Source: Chrysemys picta bellii (lineage: Eukaryota). Taken from it: a stretch of DNA of 64,000 nucleotides. Shown here piece after piece: positions 10,701-18,679 of this stretch. The DNA is taken from contig NC_088806.1 in the NCBI RefSeq assembly GCF_011386835.1, forward strand, positions 1,612,001-1,676,000, read 5' to 3'. Each line of letters opens with the position of its first letter. The first letter of the stretch is position 1. Under the pieces are notes generated by a model that saw nothing but the letters and a program-made list of their open reading frames with translations, did no database searches and had not been told where the DNA came from. The position numbers were made by a program, and so were the translations under genes.

Positions 10701-13700
10701 CGACCTGCAATCACTCCACCTCACGGCGTGGCTGCTCCATGGTTCACCCAGGCAGAGCAACAGTGTTCACACTCTGTCCAACAGATTCTGCTGAGCAGTA
10801 GGAAGCCTTCAACACGGACCACATACTTGGCCAAGTGGAAGCGGTTCTCCTGTTGGTGCGAGCAACGAGCCACGTCCCCATTGCACGCACCTATTCCTCT
10901 TATTTTGGAATATCTCCTCTCCCTAAAACAGCAGGGGTTGGCGATATCTTCAATTAGAGTTCACCTGGCCGCTATATCGGCCTTCCATCCAGGGGAACTC
11001 GCGTCCTCGGTATTCTCTAACCCGATGGTCGTTAGATTCCTCAAGGGCTTAGACCGGATGTACCCACAACAACGTCAGCCCGTTCCGACGTGGGACCTCA
11101 ACCTGGTTCTCTCCAAGCTCACAGGTCCTCCATTCGAGCCACTGGCCACCTGTTCACTTCTGTACCTATCCTGGAAGACAGCCTTCCTCGTAGCCATCAC
11201 CTCAGCAAGGCGCGTTTCTGAACTCAGGGCGCTTACATCCGAGCCCCCTTACACAGTTTTCCATAAGGATAAAGTGCAGCTTCGTCCACATCCTGCCTTT
11301 CTCCCTAAGGTGGTTTCTCCATTTCATATCAACCAGGATATATTTCTCCCGGTCTTTCACCCTAAACCACATGCTTCTCGCCAGGATCAACGTTTGCATT
11401 CTCTGGACGTACGCAGGGCCCTGGCCTTCTATATTGACCGCACAAGGCCCTTTAGAAAGACGACGCAACTCTTCGTTGCAGTGGCCGACCGAATGAAAGG
11501 CTCACCGGTCTCATCACAACGCCTATCCTCCTGGATCACGTCTTGCATCCGGACTTGCTACGACCTGGCAGGTGTCTCAGCACCCCACCTCACCGCTCAC
11601 TCCACGAGGGCACAAGCTTCCTCGGCGGCTTTCCTGGCGCAAGTTCCGATCCAGGACATTTGTAGAGCTGCGGTTTGGTCGTCAGTCCACACGTTTACAG
11701 AACACTATGCACTAGTGCAGCAGTCCAGGGACGATGCTGCCTTTGGATCAGCGGTTTTGCACACAGCAATGTCTCACTCCGACCCCACCACCTAAGTTGG
11801 GCTTGGGAGTCACCTAATGGAATGGATATGAGCAAGCACTCGAAGAAGAAAAGACGGTTACTCACCGTTGTAACTGTTGTTCTTCGAGATGTGTTGCTCA
11901 TATCCATTCCAAACCCGCCCTCCGTCCCCACTGTCGGAGTAGCCGGCAAGAAGGAACTGAGGGGGCGCCGGGTCGGCTGGGGTATATATTCAGCGCCATG
12001 AAGGCGCCACTCTAGGGGGCTCCACAGCCGACCCGCCGGTGTTGCTAGGGTAAAAATCTTCCGACGATCGTGCACGCGGCGCGCACACACCTAATGGAAT
12101 GGATATGAGCAACACATCTCGAAGAACAACAGTTACAACGGTGAGTAACCGTCTTTTTTGTAGAGTCGCCCCACACCCTTGGGTCGTTGAGAAGCCACCA
12201 TCCGCAGTCCCAGCCCCACTCTGTGTTTACGTAGGGTAGCCCTCAACCTCCCCCCGCCAGCTCTTGCCAGACTTTCGAGCGCTGTTTACAAGCAGGGGTA
12301 TTTTTGTAGGGTAGCTTACAAAACAAACACCTTGCGGATGTTAGTAAACAAAGGGGAAGGTTTCTGGCTACCCTGCAAAAAGAAGCTCTTTGGAAAACCA
12401 TGACCACAGCCCCCCGCCCCGAACCTGCGTCCCCCTGACCCCGTGACCCCCAGATCCGCCCCGTACCTGGCCCGTCCCTTCCGCCCCGTCGTCCCTGCAG
12501 CTCCTGGGAGCGGTGGAAGTCGATGCTGGCGTAGGCCTGGGGGCTGGGGCCACCGGCCGCCCGGGGGCTCCCATCCGGGCCGCCTCCTCCCCGGGCCAGG
12601 TCCAGGGCAACGTAGTTGAGTCCCGGCTCCTCCCAGGCGGGGATGCCCCGCTCCCTGCAGCGCCGCCTGCCGGGCTCCGCCCTCGCCGGCTGGCCCGGGC
12701 CGGGCCGGTATTCGATGCTGACGTACTCCCCGGGGCTCAGGGACACCGGCTCCTCCAAGCTCTCACTGCTGGTGGAGGAGGAGCAGGAGGAGAGGCGCCC
12801 GGGCACGGCCAGCTGGGCCCCGTGCTTGTAGGTGCGCGGCAGGGAGCGGAAGGGGCAGGGGGCCTCCCCGGGGGCGCCGGGCGGGGGGCTGCGGCGCAGG
12901 GGGGTGCTGCTGGCCGAGCGCCACAGCGGGGACATGTTCACGTACTCGGGCGCCCAGCTCCCGCTGGGGGACATGAGCATGTACCCGGCGGCTTCGCCCC
13001 GGGGCGGAGAGACGCCGCTGGGGCTCATGGGCACGTAATCCGGCTGCCCCGCGCCCGGCAGGGCTGCCCCGGGCAGCATGGCCATGTAGCCGGACTCTGG
13101 GCACCACCCTGGCTTCCTCCGCCCGGCGCCTGTGCCCAGCGCCAAGGGGGGCAGCGACGGCCGCTTGCAGCTGGGCGCCCGCCCCTCCGGGGAGCCTGCC
13201 GGCTCTGGGCTGCCCGTCGGGCGCCCCTCTCCGGGGCTGGAGGATCCGCCCTCGTCCGACGACGCCAGGGCGTAGTCCCCGTCGGGCAGGCGGCGCCCGG
13301 AGCCCGGCAGCTGGGCAGGGGGCAGGCGCCGGGCCGGCACCGAGATGGGGGCGGAGGCCTGGCCGCGGCCTCGCACCCGGCACTCCTCACTCAGCCGCTT
13401 CATGGCCTCCAGGATGGTTTCGTGGATGTGCCGGGCCACCACCAGGTCCTCCACCTGCATCCACAGCTCGCCGGGGCCCGTGGCGGCCGAGCGCCCCACC
13501 TCCAGGAAGAAGTAGTTCTCCGAATGGCCGCAACGCCGGACACTCAGCAGCTGCAGCAGTAGGCAGGGGGCCGGGGCGCCGAGCTGCACCAGCTCCACCG
13601 TGCTCTCCGCCAGGCACAGCCGGTGCACGCCCACCAGGTTCCTGGCCTGCCCCAGCCCCTTGGGGCGCAGGCTCACCTGCCACACCTCCCGGAAGGGCCA

Positions 13701-15747
13701 CGCCGCCCCGCTCCCCGGCTGCGACAGGCCTGCGGGAAGGGGAGGAGAGGGTTAAACCAGGTGGGGAATGCGGCTGGCTCTGCGGAGGGGGCAGAGATGG
13801 CACTCGGTGGGAGACAGGTTCCCCGGAGACCCCTCGCCCGGCGCTGAGACACCCCCACCTCTGGGGCGGGGCGGCCGGTTCCCAGGGACCCCTCGCCCGG
13901 CGCTGAGATGCAGCCACCTCTGGGGCGGGGCAGCCGGTTCCCAGGGACCCCTCGCCCGGCGCTGAGATGCAGCCACCTCTGGGGCGGGGCGGCCGGTTCC
14001 CCAGGGACCTCTTGCCCGGTGCTGAGATGCGCCCACCTCTGGGGCGGGGCGGCCGGTTCCCCAGGGACCTCTTGCCCGGTGCTGAGATGCGCCCACCTCT
14101 GGGGCGGGGCAGCCAGTCACACAGGGCCCCGCGTTGAGCTGTGGCAGTGGCTGGATACGAGCACAGGGCAGGTGACCGGGAAGCAGGGTGGAGGGGGGGG
14201 GAACAGGTGGGAGAACAGGACCAAGGAATAAACAGACCCAAAGATCCCAGTGCCGTGGCAACCACCCACGTCACCCTGGTGACTGACTGTTTCCATGGGG
14301 ACCCAGGGGAGGGGGGAGACAGCTATGGTGGGAAATGGCCGGGGAGAGGTAATTTCGATAGCTGGAAACAGGATTGAATATTTAATATATTTAATATTTC
14401 CTGGAATATTCCCCTGCTGGGCGCAGGGAGAGAACCCAGGAGTCCTGGCTCCCAGCGCCCCCTGCTCTAACTACCAGCCCCCGCTCCCCTCCCATAGCTG
14501 GGGAGAGAACCCAGGAGTCCTGGCTCCCAGCCCCCCCTGCTCTAACCCACCAGCCCCCACTCCCCTCCCAGAGCCAGGGAGAGAACCCAGGAGTCCGGGC
14601 CAGGTCCCTGTAGTATTGTTGGTCTCTATTGCATATGGCACTAGCTGTTCCAGGGCAAAGTTTGCTGCCTGCCCTGGGTGAATTGTCCGGGCGCTCGGCC
14701 ACGCTGGGCCCTGGGACAAAACGGGACAGATTGGCCCAATTCCTCGGCTGGCGCCTGGAACCGTATCAGGGCTTTTATCCACCCCCATCCTGCCTCTTCT
14801 GGGGCTGGACTTTGCCCATATGAGATTTCGGAAATAGAACCCAGAGCCCACCCCGCTCCCGGAATCGGGGAGAGAACCCAGGAGTCCTGGCTCCCAGACC
14901 CCCCTGCTCTAACCCACCAGCCCCCACTCCCCTCCCAGAGCCAGGGAGAGAACCCAGGCGTCCTGGCTCCCAGCCCCCCTGCTCTCTCCCTGGCTCTGGG
15001 AGGGGAGTGGGGGCTGGTGGGTCAGAGCAGGGGGGGCAGGGAGCCAGGACTCCTGGGTTCTCTCCCCGGCTCTGGGAGGGGAGTGGGGGCTGGTGGTTAG
15101 AGCAGGGGGTGCTGGGAGCCAGGACTCCTGGGTTCTCTCCCCGGCTCTGGGAGGGGAGTGGGGGCTGGTGGGTTAGAGCAGGGGGGGCTGGGAGCCAGGA
15201 CTCCTGGGTTCTCTCCCTGGCTCTGGGAGGGGAGTGGGGGCTGGTGGTTAGAGCAGGGGGTGCTGGGAGTCAGGACTCCTGGGTTCTCTCCCCAGCTGTG
15301 GGCTGCCCAATTGTATTTTTCAGTCACTCCCCCGTACCGCTGCCCACGCACCAGCCTCCCTTTGCCAGGTCGGTGGCCCCCTCGCCTGCCCTCACCCTTG
15401 GCGCGCAGCTCTGTCATGGCGCAGTACCAGGCCTCCTGCTGCTCTGGGCTCTCGGCCGCCACCCCGAAGGTGCCATCCCGGCCGTACAGCACGATGAGGT
15501 GCCGGTGCCGGGCGTCCGCCCGCTTGTTGATGTTCAGGGCACTGGCCAGGGGGAAGCTGCGTTTGGGGCGGGCGCCGCCAGCCCTGAATTTCTTCTCGCT
15601 CTCGTAGTACTCCAGGCGGGCCGGTCCCCGCTCGCTGGGCGCCCGCAGCACGAAAAACCGGCGCCGCTGGGACTTCTGCTTCCGCAGGTGCCCGCACAGA
15701 CGGACGTCGGCCACGGGCGGGTCGCCCTCACCGGCCGCCTCCTCCAT
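4721..15747 (-). CDS. IRS3: Insulin receptor substrate 3-like adaptor (PH + PTB + YxxM tail), ~540 aa
   Basis: Exon 15747-15396 encodes the PH domain (LCGHLRKQKSQRRRFFVLR...RLEYYESEKKF...NINKRADARHRHLIVLY) and ends in phase 1 at G|GTGAGG. Exon 13729-12467 (acceptor TTCCCGCAG|GC) encodes the PTB domain (FREVWQVSLRPKGLGQ...RRCGHSENYFFLEVGRSAATGPGELWMQV), then YMAM, YVPM, YMLM, YVNM, NYVAL and AYASIDF, with a candidate donor G|GTACGG. A putative last exon 4728-4721 (acceptor CTCTCCCTTCCAG|AG TGC TGA) adds 'EC*' and is less certain. The compact size, the intron between PH and PTB, and the position next to AGFG2/NYAP1 favour IRS3 over IRS1/2/4. Confidence 0.8.
4770..5000. repeat. 60-bp GC-rich dispersed minisatellite family A, ~4 units
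   Basis: Unit ~CCAGAGGTGGGCGCATCTCAGCGCCGGGCGAGGGGTCCCTGGGTAACCGGCCGCCCCGCC (here in reverse orientation). Confidence 0.85.
5913..6090 (+). repeat. DIRS left inverted terminal repeat
   Basis: Reverse complement of 11943-12100, with one visible mismatch at the inner edge (cttaccg/cttgccg). The ORF track gives identical peptides MCARRVHD...SSFLP from both ITRs. Confidence 0.95.
6302..8822 (+). CDS. DIRS gag (ORF1): N-terminal Cys/His finger, RS-rich middle, LAP2alpha-like C-terminal domain; apparent +1 indel in a C10 run at 8686-8695
   Basis: CASCAKPM..DPHESCLKCLGESH..DKCKIC finger, RSRSRS tract, then HQDLLRRMA..., WQTPASIPPTARGVERKY, LDLFGRKVYS and LPFEGHGLFS. As assembled the ORF stops at 8743. 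Removing one C extends it through a basic tail to ...RQNF-TGA at 8822. Confidence 0.9.
8737..10794 (+). CDS. DIRS pol: reverse transcriptase, RNase H and DNA adenine-methylase-like domain
   Basis: RT: GFYSRYFLIPK..GGLRPILDLR, ALDMKDAYFH, LPFGLSSAPRVFTK, PYLDDWL. RNase H: TDAS..GWGA, HINVREL.AV, TDNTT, N.LAD.LSR. MT-like: IDLFAS, YAFPPF. No internal stops. Confidence 0.95.
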   Translation: MVEEGGPALNPARTRGHLDHLQAPGRTFEGAVEDGAPVIPQDPAPSFRDRLSHFHRAWSLITSDRWVLRTVERGYAIQFSSIPPSSPPSPSLFRDPSHEQLLIQEVSTLLAMGAIEEVPVELRGRGFYSRYFLIPKSKGGLRPILDLRGLNKFVVKLKFRMVSLGAIIPSLDPGDWFAALDMKDAYFHIAIYTPHRRFLRFVVNRVHYQFAVLPFGLSSAPRVFTKCMAVVAAYLRRQGIQVFPYLDDWLVRGRTKEQVRDHVHIIVRTFNKLGILLNKDKSTLEPTQRIEFIGAVLDSRRAQAILPDNRFCTITSLIQGLKAFPTTTVRSCLTLLGHMASCTYVTRHARLRLRPLQTWVSSIYRPHRDSLNMVVTIPNSVLTSLTWWLDHNVVCEGMPFHAPQPSLHLVTDASSLGWGAHLNEHHTQGLWTAPQLALHINVRELMAVRLACQAFLNLLRGRCVLVLTDNTTAMFYINKQGGARSSILCQEAIRLWDFCIAHSIHLTASFLPGVQNTLADRLSRSFQTHEWSIRPDIIHSVFQKWGFPQIDLFASRDNRKCHVFCSLQGRAPGSLSDAFLLTWKDHLFYAFPPFPLVHKVLLKLRRDQAQVILIAPAWPRQHWYTTLLELSVQTPIPLPLYPDLITQNHGRLRHPDLQSLHLTAWLLHGSPRQSNSVHTLSNRFC
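8823..11795 (+). CDS. DIRS tyrosine recombinase ORF (YR domain from ~10740; the frame is open through the whole pol overlap)
   Basis: STRTTYLAKWKRF, ISSIRVHLAAIS, catalytic R in ITSARRVSELRAL, HSTR (H-x-x-R) and TFTEHY (Tyr). I checked codon by codon that the frame is open from 8823 to the ORF-track start at 8907. Confidence 0.93.
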   Translation, partial: RCGRGRRPSHPPGSSPLLSGSPLPLPPCLVPYNFGPLGPPHGGEGIRYPVFFYPPLLPPFPVPLQGPFSRATSYTGSFYAPRYGGHRGGSSGIKGQGILLPLFPHPQVQRRSATHLGLARTQQIRSKVEVPHGLSGGHYPFPRSWRLVRRPRHERRILSHCYLHASQTLPAIRGKQGALPICSPSLRPILGPTGVHEMYGCRGSVPSSARDTGVPVPRRLAGTRSHQRTSSRSRPHNSAHIQQVGYPTQQGQIHSRTYPENRIHRCGSRLQTRTSHPARQSLLHHHEPHPRTQGLPNYHGEVMPYPAGSHGFLHVRNQACQTSASPTPDLGVINIPPTSGQPEYGGHNPELGPDLPHMVARSQCGLRGDAVSRPTTLSAPGHRRFISGLGRPSQRAPYPGPVDCTSASPTHQCSGTDGGAPGMPGISQSPTWPLCVSSHRQHHGHVLHQQARRSTFVNSMPRGHSPVGLLHRPLNPSHGIVPPWSPEHFSGPTQQVLSNARVVYPSGHHTFRLPEVGVSPDRPVCISRQQEVPRVLLPARSSPRLPLGCVSPYLERPPVLCLPSVSSGPQGTAQIAQRPGTGDSDRSSVAETTLVHHAAGTLGSDTDPASVVSGSHHAEPRPAASPRPAITPPHGVAAPWFTQAEQQCSHSVQQILLSSRKPSTRTTYLAKWKRFSCWCEQRATSPLHAPIPLILEYLLSLKQQGLAISSIRVHLAAISAFHPGELASSVFSNPMVVRFLKGLDRMYPQQRQPVPTWDLNLVLSKLTGPPFEPLATCSLLYLSWKTAFLVAITSARRVSELRALTSEPPYTVFHKDKVQLRPHPAFLPKVVSPFHINQDIFLPVFHPKPHASRQDQRLHSLDVRRALAFYIDRTRPFRKTTQLFVAVADRMKGSPVSSQRLSSWITSCIRTCYDLAGVSAPHLTAHSTRAQASSAAFLAQVPIQDICRAAVWSSVHTFTEHYALVQQSRDDAAFGSAVLHTAMSHSDPTT
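11812..11911 (+). repeat. DIRS internal complementary region (ICR)
   Basis: CACCTAATGG...CTCGAAGAAGAAA is the reverse complement of the element 5' end. It is joined to AGACGGTTACTCACC...ATCCATTCCA, the reverse complement of the 3' end, giving the circle-junction sequence. Confidence 0.93.
11943..12156 (-). repeat. DIRS right inverted terminal repeat plus 3' extension
   Basis: Reverse complement of the left ITR, followed by a tail complementary to the ICR, ending at GTCTTT. Confidence 0.93.
13790..14115. repeat. 60-bp family A array in IRS3 intron
   Basis: ~5 units of GAGATGCGCCCACCTCTGGGGCGGGGC... Confidence 0.85.
14420..15300. repeat. ~75-bp family B minisatellite, copies in both orientations
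   Basis: Unit GGAGAGAACCCAGGAGTCCTGGCTCCCAGCCCCCCTGCTCTAACCCACCAGCCCCCACTCCCCTCCCAGAGCC; orientation flips at ~14985. Confidence 0.9.
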
Positions 15748-17414
15748 GGTGCGCCAACTCAGGGGAACAGGAGAGTTAAGGCATGCCCCCCCCGCCCTGT
15801 TTGCAACGCCACCACATCCGGCCTGCTTCGGGGGGCAGAGCTTTGGGGGTGCCTAGGGTTTGTCGCTACACCTGTCCTCTTTGGGGGGGGGCAATTCACA
15901 CACACCCCTCTTTCGCAACTACCTCTTTCGGGGTACCGAGCTTCGGGGGTGCCCAGCGTTTCACGCCACCTCTGCGCCCGGATCATCTCCTTCCCAGGAG
16001 TTCATTCCTCTCCAGTTTTGCAACCTGCTGTCTTTCAAGGGCGCCTCCCCCAAGTTTTTGCAACAGCACCAGGACTCCCTTCCGGGGGGCAGAGGTTTAG
16101 TGCCTTCGCCCCCTGGATTGGGCCTGCCGGAGACCCAGGAGCATCGAAAGGAGGCGCCGTTGCAAACTCGCTTCTCTTGCGTCCCGCATGTGTCCAAAGC
16201 CTGTGCCGAGCGCCGGGCAGCCTGGCCCCGCTTCGCCGTGATTTCACGGCCGGTCAGTTTGCAGCCAAAGTCGCCTCGCCATGCCGGAGCCAATTTTGCA
16301 CAAGCCACGGCAGCGTGCAAACAAGAGTCCCTTTGCAATCTCGAACGGCTGCAAAAAACCAATCTTCGCAGAGGTGCAGCCGCGCAGGCCCTCGCTGGCC
16401 AGCTGCAGCCTTGTTTGCACTAGGACACGAATTTCTTCTTTTGCAATCGGCTCCGGATTTGATTTTAATAGAAGTCACATGAAGAGAAGCGAAATAAATC
16501 AGCCGAGTTTTTTTTTTTTCCATGCGGTTTGCTGGCGCAAAACTGGAAGCCAGCGAAGGGGAGGGGGGAGAACAGGACTTGGAAAAATAGGAGAAAGGAG
16601 CAACGTTGCTTTTTGCAGCCGAAAGATCGCTCCGCTCTCGGCCTGGTTTCGCCCGCAAAAGTTTGGATCGGCGCCTCGCCCCCGAACACGGAGGCCGCCT
16701 GGGATCTCCCGGTTGCAAACAGCAGCGCCAGGCGACCGCACGATTCTTAACACTTTTGCACAGAAGCGGGACGGGCGTCTCGCTTTCCACGCAAACGAGG
16801 CACGGAAAAAACTCGAGCGAGGGGCTTTCTCGGCACAAAGCCACGGGCCCGGTGGAGAAACCCCCACGAAAAGCTACTGTGCGGGGAGGCGGCTGGCGCT
16901 GGCCCCTGAGCCAGAGATTGATGTAGCAAGAAGGGGGGGGACAAGTTAACGCGGAGGGGGGGTTCTTGGAGGACTTGCAGAAAAGGCAAAGGGGGGGGAC
17001 CCTTCACACAAGTGGATCCCCCCCGTGCAGAAGCAGGTGGAGCGGGCACAGAACCCGGGGGGGCCCCTCGGTGCGATCACCTCCCAGGTCAGGAGTGTGG
17101 GGGGGGGGGCTGCGATAACCCCCCCACGGGCGAGCCAGGCCGAGCTGCGAGCCCCGAGCGCGGCACAGTGCAAAGGGAGCAAATGCGCCCGGGGCTGCGG
17201 GTCTCTTCTCCGCCCGGCCCCGGCTCTCCCGGGCAGCCCGGCCCCCGCCCCCGCCGCTCCGGGCAAACACCCGCTGCCATGAGGCGGCTGCTGGACCTGA
17301 TTGATGGCTCTGCAGGCGCGGGGGAGGGGGGGATTTAAAGGGCCAGCAAAGGAGGGGGAGCTGCTGCCCACCCCCTCCCCCAACCCCTCGGGTCCTGCGT
17401 CTCCCTCACGAAGG

Positions 17415-18310
17415 GGGTAACCGGCCGCCCCGCCCCAGAGGTGGGCGCGTCTCAGCGCCGGGCGAGGGGTCTCCATGTAACCGGCTGCCCCACCCCAGAG
17501 GTGGGCGCATCTCAGCGCCGGGCGAGGGGTCCCTGGGGAACCGGCCTCCCCACCCCAGAGGTGGGCGCATCTCAGCGCCGGGCGAGGGGTCCCTGGGGAA
17601 CCGGCCGCCCTGCCCCAGAGGTGGCTGCATCTCAGCGCCGGGCGAGGGGTCCTCGCGTAACCAGCCGCCCCGCCCCAGAGGTGGGCGTATCTCAGCGCCG
17701 GGCGAGGGGTCCTTGGGTAACCGGCCGCCCTGCCCCAGAGGTGGGCGTATCTCAGCGCCGGGCGAGGGGTCCCTGTGTAACCGGCCGCCCCGCCCCAGAG
17801 GTGGGCGCATCTCAGCACCGGGCGAGGGGTCCCTGGGTAACCGGCCGCCCTGCCCCAGAGGTGGGCGCGTCTCAGCGCCGGGCGAGGGGTCCCTGTGTAA
17901 CCGGCCGCCCCGCCCCAGAGGTGGGCGCATCTCAGCACCGGGCGAGGGGTCCCCGGGGAACCGGCCGCCCCGCCCCAGAGGTGGGCGCATCTCAGCGCCG
18001 GGCGAGGGGTCCCCGGGTAACCGGCCGCCCCACCCCAGAGGTGGGCGCATCTCAGCGCCGGGCGAGGGGTCCCTGGGGAACCGGCCGCCCCGCCCCAGAG
18101 GTGGGCGCGTCTCAGCGCCGGGCGAGGGGTCCCCGTGTAACCAGCCGCCCTGCCCCAGAGGTGGGCACATCTCAGCGCCAGGCGAGGGGTCCCTGGGTAA
18201 CTGGCCGCCCCATCCCAGAGGTGGGCGCATCTCAGCACCGGGCGAGGGGTCCCTGTGTAACCGGCCGCCCCACCCCAGAGGTGGGCGCATCTCAGTGCCG
18301 GGCGAGGGGT
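17415..18310. repeat. 60-bp family A tandem array (~15 units)
   Basis: Units stack in register with the 60-nt lines of the listing; they yield spurious ORFs of 220-570 aa. Confidence 0.95.
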
Positions 18311-18679
18311 CCCCCTCCCGTTCCTGGGACCCAGCCATGCGGTTCTGGTGTCTGGCGCCTCGGCCAATGGGGAGGTAGTGTTGGGCTCTGACGGAGGAAT
18401 GTAGCCATCCCTCATCCAATCAGCTGCGGCCCTGGGGCTCCCTCCCCCCTTTAACCCCTTCCTCCCTGCTGCCCACTCTCTCTCACGCCCCCCGCACAAC
18501 CTCCTCCCAGGGCCCAGGTGCCTGGGGTGTGTGTGTGTCTCCCCACTGCACGGGGTCCCCTGGTGTCTATGGGGTGTTGGGGGGGCACTGAGTGTGGTCA
18601 CCGTGTGCGGGGGGGGGCGGGTGACTGAACAGCCATGAGTACACAATGGAGACATAAACCCAGCTCCCGCCTGCCGCTC

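Larger units (their letters stand above)
5913..12156 (+). mobile_element. Full-length DIRS1-type tyrosine-recombinase retrotransposon (~6.2 kb)
   Basis: Inverted terminal repeats (5937-6086 vs 11943-12100), an internal complementary region at ~11812-11911, gag, RT/RH/MT and YR ORFs, termini at TTT runs and no TSD. Confidence 0.97.

Noticed and set aside
6253-10710. Antisense ORFs within the DIRS element
   Set aside because: Shadow ORFs of GC-rich coding sequence with no recognisable motifs.
12243-12466. Unspliced IRS3 C-terminus (...TGRIWGS...LAGGG*)
   Set aside because: It follows the conserved terminal YASIDF motif and a good donor (G|GTACGG) and has no IRS-like features. A short spliced last exon is preferred, though intron retention is not excluded.
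14420-15300. Telomere-like GGGTTAG in family B units
   Set aside because: Only a single hexamer-like motif per unit and no (TTAGGG)n tract, so not an interstitial telomere.
15007-16482. 491-aa plus-strand ORF
   Set aside because: Composed of family B repeats plus the antisense of the IRS3 PH exon; no coherent protein.
16946-18655. 569-aa and related ORFs over the 60-bp family A array
   Set aside because: Repeat-derived; several frames on both strands are open for the same reason.
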